This document shows, piece by piece, positions 61,024 to 64,000 of a stretch of DNA of 64,000 nt (its first letter is position 1; each line of letters starts with the position of its first letter). The DNA comes from an uncultured candidate division Zixibacteria bacterium. GTDB taxonomy: Bacteria; Zixibacteria; MSB-5A5; UBA10806. Where the stretch lies: contig CAWFQL010000009.1 of the NCBI GenBank assembly GCA_963817915.1, positions 308,271 to 372,270 on the forward strand. The letters are read 5' to 3'. Under the pieces are notes generated by a model. That model searched no databases, was not told where the DNA came from, and saw nothing but the letters and a program-made list of their open reading frames with translations. The position numbers were made by a program, and so were the translations under genes.

Positions 61024-62217
61024 TTAACGAGATGAATAAAGGGGACTGTTCTTTGGCGCTATCTCGGGGCGAAGATCGACGAATTCATTGGAAAGGGTCT
61101 TACCCTTGGCAACCTCGAAGACCTTCTTGATCGAGGACGGCGGAATATCTCTGCCGCCTAAGCCCAGAACGAATCCCGATACTATCGGTTGATGTTTTTG
61201 GCCATAGAATGCCGATCTCAGCTCTTCTTGTAACATCGGACCGGAGCCGAGCGAAATGGCCTTTTCGAATGTTATCAATTGTTTTGCTTGTCCGCAGACT
61301 TCATTGACCTTCTCTTTCGGGAATGGTCTGTACGACCTGATTTTCAGAATACCAACTTTCTCGCCTTTGGCACGAAGATCATCGACAACCTCTTTCAAGG
61401 TGCCGATTAGCGAACCCATGGCTACGAATAGATACTCGGCATCATCGGCGCGATAAGTATCAATCAAGCCGCCGGAGTACCGTCCGAATGATTTTTTGAA
61501 ATCATCTGCGGTTTTCTCGATAGCCTTCTTGGCGTCTTCCATCGTTTCCTGAATCTTATATCGACACTCAGCGTAATATTGCGGCTCGGCCAAATTGCCG
61601 AAAGTTCTCGGATTATTGATATCGAGAAATTCTGCTGGCGCGTATTTGGGAAGGAATTTATCCACCTGCTCCTGCTCCGGCATATCAACCGATTCAAAAG
61701 CATGTGTAAGAATAAATCCATCCATGTTGACCATGGTCGGCAAAAGGATATTGGCATCCTCGGCGATTTTGAATGCCTGCGGATGCATGTCTGCCGCTTC
61801 CTGGTTATCTTCGGCAAATAACATTATCCAGCCTGCATCACGCACAACTACCGCGTCCGAATGATCATTCCAGATATTGATCGGCGCGGAAATGGCGCGG
61901 TTGGCGCAGGTGATAATCACCGGCAATCTCATCCCGGCGATATTGAACAGCACTTCCGCCATCAGGAGCAATCCCTGGGCGGTGGTTGTCGAATAGGCTC
62001 TGGCTCCGGCCGCCGATGCACCAAGCACTACCGACGCCGCTCCGAATTCGGATTCGACATTGAGGAATTCCGCTTTGAGCTCGCCATCGGCGACCATCTG
62101 CGAGAGATTTTCGACTATATGGGTCTGGGGCGTAATCGGGTAGGCGGCGACGACATTAGGCCGACAGAGCTTCACCATTTCGGCGACAGCCATTGACCCT
62201 TCAATTAGTTTTCTCAT
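61024..62217 (-). CDS. porA: Pyruvate/2-oxoacid:ferredoxin oxidoreductase alpha subunit
   Basis: AYPITPQT, VESE, NRAISAPINIWNDHSD, GLGGRD. Confidence 0.92.
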   Translation of the reverse strand: MRKLIEGSMAVAEMVKLCRPNVVAAYPITPQTHIVENLSQMVADGELKAEFLNVESEFGAASVVLGASAAGARAYSTTTAQGLLLMAEVLFNIAGMRLPVIITCANRAISAPINIWNDHSDAVVVRDAGWIMLFAEDNQEAADMHPQAFKIAEDANILLPTMVNMDGFILTHAFESVDMPEQEQVDKFLPKYAPAEFLDINNPRTFGNLAEPQYYAECRYKIQETMEDAKKAIEKTADDFKKSFGRYSGGLIDTYRADDAEYLFVAMGSLIGTLKEVVDDLRAKGEKVGILKIRSYRPFPKEKVNEVCGQAKQLITFEKAISLGSGPMLQEELRSAFYGQKHQPIVSGFVLGLGGRDIPPSSIKKVFEVAKGKTLSNEFVDLRPEIAPKNSPLYSSR

Positions 62218-62474
62218 TATTTGACCTCCAGAACCATTTCGATATCATTGACAGGACATTCATGGGCGCAGATGCCGCAGCCCTTGCAATAATCCAAGTC
62301 GGCGTCGTATTTGTTATCCGACCCGAATATGCAGGCATCGGGACAGACCGTGACGCAGATTCTGCAATCATTGCATGTCTTATGCAGGAATATCGGTTTT
62401 AATGTTCTCCATGAGCCTGTCTTATAGGCCTTGGATGAACCCGGCCCTGTGGAAATTTGTATTGGCTTAGACAT
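62217..62474 (-). CDS. porD: Oxidoreductase delta subunit (2x[4Fe-4S])
   Basis: TGSWR; CNDCRICVTVCP; CKGCGICAHECP. Confidence 0.9.
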   Translation of the reverse strand: MSKPIQISTGPGSSKAYKTGSWRTLKPIFLHKTCNDCRICVTVCPDACIFGSDNKYDADLDYCKGCGICAHECPVNDIEMVLEVK

Positions 62475-63019
62475 GGACAGCCTCCTTCGCCATTCCGAAC
62501 GCTTTTTCAGCGGAGGCGACATTCTTCTTGCCGATCATGCCGGGGAATCGCTCTTCGATAGCCATCTTGACGCCATCGAATGAGATCAGCCCGGTAATCG
62601 CGGCGAAATATCCCAGCAGAGTGGTGTTTTGAACCGCCCTGCCGATTATCTCGAGCGCGATCTTGGTTGCAGGTATTGTATAAACCTGCCCTTTTATATT
62701 GATGCCCAATTCCTTGGGAGTCAATTCGCTATCGATAATCATCAGGCCGATCGGCTTGAGGCCCTTGGTGACATCGATAGCTTTTATCAGAGTAGCATCC
62801 TGAACGATCAGGTAATCCGGTTCGTATATCTGATTTCTGGCCCGGATAGGCATCATCGGATATGCGGACGAAGGACTGCACAGGAGCTCCCATTCTCTCG
62901 GACCCGAACGATGGAAATGCCAGCGAGTATTTGCCATCCGCAAACGCCGCTTGAGCGATCAACTCAGCCGCAGTCACCACACCCTGGCCACCCCGTCCGT
63001 GCAGACGTATTTCCTTCAA
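62467..63019 (-). CDS. porC: Oxidoreductase gamma subunit; one apparent +1 indel near 62853
   Basis: [24 protein letters not shown] in one frame; [17 protein letters not shown] in the next. Confidence 0.88.
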
Positions 63020-63138
63020 TTTATCCTCCTTACTTGAATTTATCTATTTAGAGGGGAAAAGTTTCGAAAAATTCAGCCCATTACTAACTTCGGCTTTTGA
63101 ATGTACTACTTTATCCCCGTTAAGTTATATTAAACACA

Positions 63139-63696
63139 TCAGTCGACTTTCGGGTAGGTTATCGACGCCTGCCCCTGATACTTGCCTTTTTTATCGGCAT
63201 AGGATACCTCGCAGATATCATTGGCCTCGAAAAAGACCACCTGCGCGATACCCTCATTGGCGTAAATCTTGGCCGGCAATGGTGTCGTGTTGGATATCTC
63301 CAATGTCGGGAAGCCTTCCCATTCCGGCTCGAACGGCGTTACATTGACTATGATCCCGCAACGGGCGTAGGTGGATTTGCCGACACATATAGTCAGCACA
63401 TTGCGCGGGATGCGAAAATATTCGACCGTCTTGGCCAGCACGAACGAATTCGGCGGGATGATACAGACCTCGCCTTTGAAATCGATAAAGCTTTTCTGGT
63501 CGAAATTCTTGGGATCGACCACCGCCGAATTGACATTGGTGAAAATCTTGAATTCATCCGACACCCTGATATCATAGCCGTACGACGACACGCCGTATGA
63601 TATAATACCCTGGCGCACCTGTTTTTCGGCGAATGGTTCGATCATTCGCTCTTCCAGGGCCATTTTTCGTATCCATCTATCGGATTTAATCGACAA
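63139..63696 (-). CDS. dcd: dCTP deaminase
   Basis: [37 protein letters not shown]. Confidence 0.96.
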   Translation of the reverse strand: MSIKSDRWIRKMALEERMIEPFAEKQVRQGIISYGVSSYGYDIRVSDEFKIFTNVNSAVVDPKNFDQKSFIDFKGEVCIIPPNSFVLAKTVEYFRIPRNVLTICVGKSTYARCGIIVNVTPFEPEWEGFPTLEISNTTPLPAKIYANEGIAQVVFFEANDICEVSYADKKGKYQGQASITYPKVD

Positions 63697-63722
63697 TCAA
63701 TCCCCAATCTGATAGCATCTTG

Positions 63723-63898
63723 AGTGGTGGCAGGTCTCCGCACCTGCCACAAAACCCGTCTTATCGTCGGGTACGGAGACCCGACGACACAAGCATTGCC
63801 CGCTGTAGGTCATTTCCCCTGGGAAATGACGGCGTGCTTCTTGTCAGGTCGCAGGCGACCCAATTAGCCTGTCATTCCCGCGAAAGCGGGAATCTTGC
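63723..63898. repeat. REP cluster (D doublet, GTAG-type, D' remnant, family A at 63871-63894)
   Basis: Same sequences as at 22858 and 34058; GTCATTCCCGCGAAAGCGGGAATC. Confidence 0.85.
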
Positions 63899-64000
63899 AA
63901 GCAACTGCCTCGCACCGCGCGATCGGGTTATTTGGCCCGACCGGGATGCTATCAGAGCGTGAAGCTAAGTCGAGCTTACATATAAGTCAATGTTTATTTT

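Noticed and set aside
1..64000. tRNA, rRNA, riboswitch or transposase genes
   Set aside because: None recognised by eye; a covariance-model and HMM scan would be needed to exclude them.

Overview
Bacterial chromosome segment, mostly minus-strand core genes: dgt, rnr, thiolase/hbd/acyl-CoA dehydrogenase, malic enzyme, ilvE-rpiB-glyA, an aspartase-family lyase, mreB, coaBC-udg-dnaB, purN-purC-purH and dcd-porCDAB. Several secreted proteins end in a 'NYPNPFN...LLK' T9SS-CTD/FlgD-like tail, including a ~2400-aa subtilase. That tail suggests an FCB-related lineage such as Zixibacteria (inference only). The main unexplained structure is non-coding: at least seven families of REP-like palindromes, usually as inverted doublets (REPIN-like). 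They (i) bracket single accessory genes as direct repeats, (ii) twice sit between ~40-55 nt duplications of a gene's start region, (iii) carry nested 24-27 nt inserts in their loops, and (iv) form a 570-nt array read in frame at the N-terminus of an Omp85-like gene. One accessory operon encodes a cysteine hydrolase, a CXXC-less TrxB-fold flavoprotein and an RlmN-like radical SAM enzyme lacking the resolving cysteine. Clustered +1 frameshifts (two lipoproteins, dnaB, udg, porC) are most likely sequence errors. No rRNA, tRNA, CRISPR array or transposase was recognised. All calls are by eye; no database searches were run.
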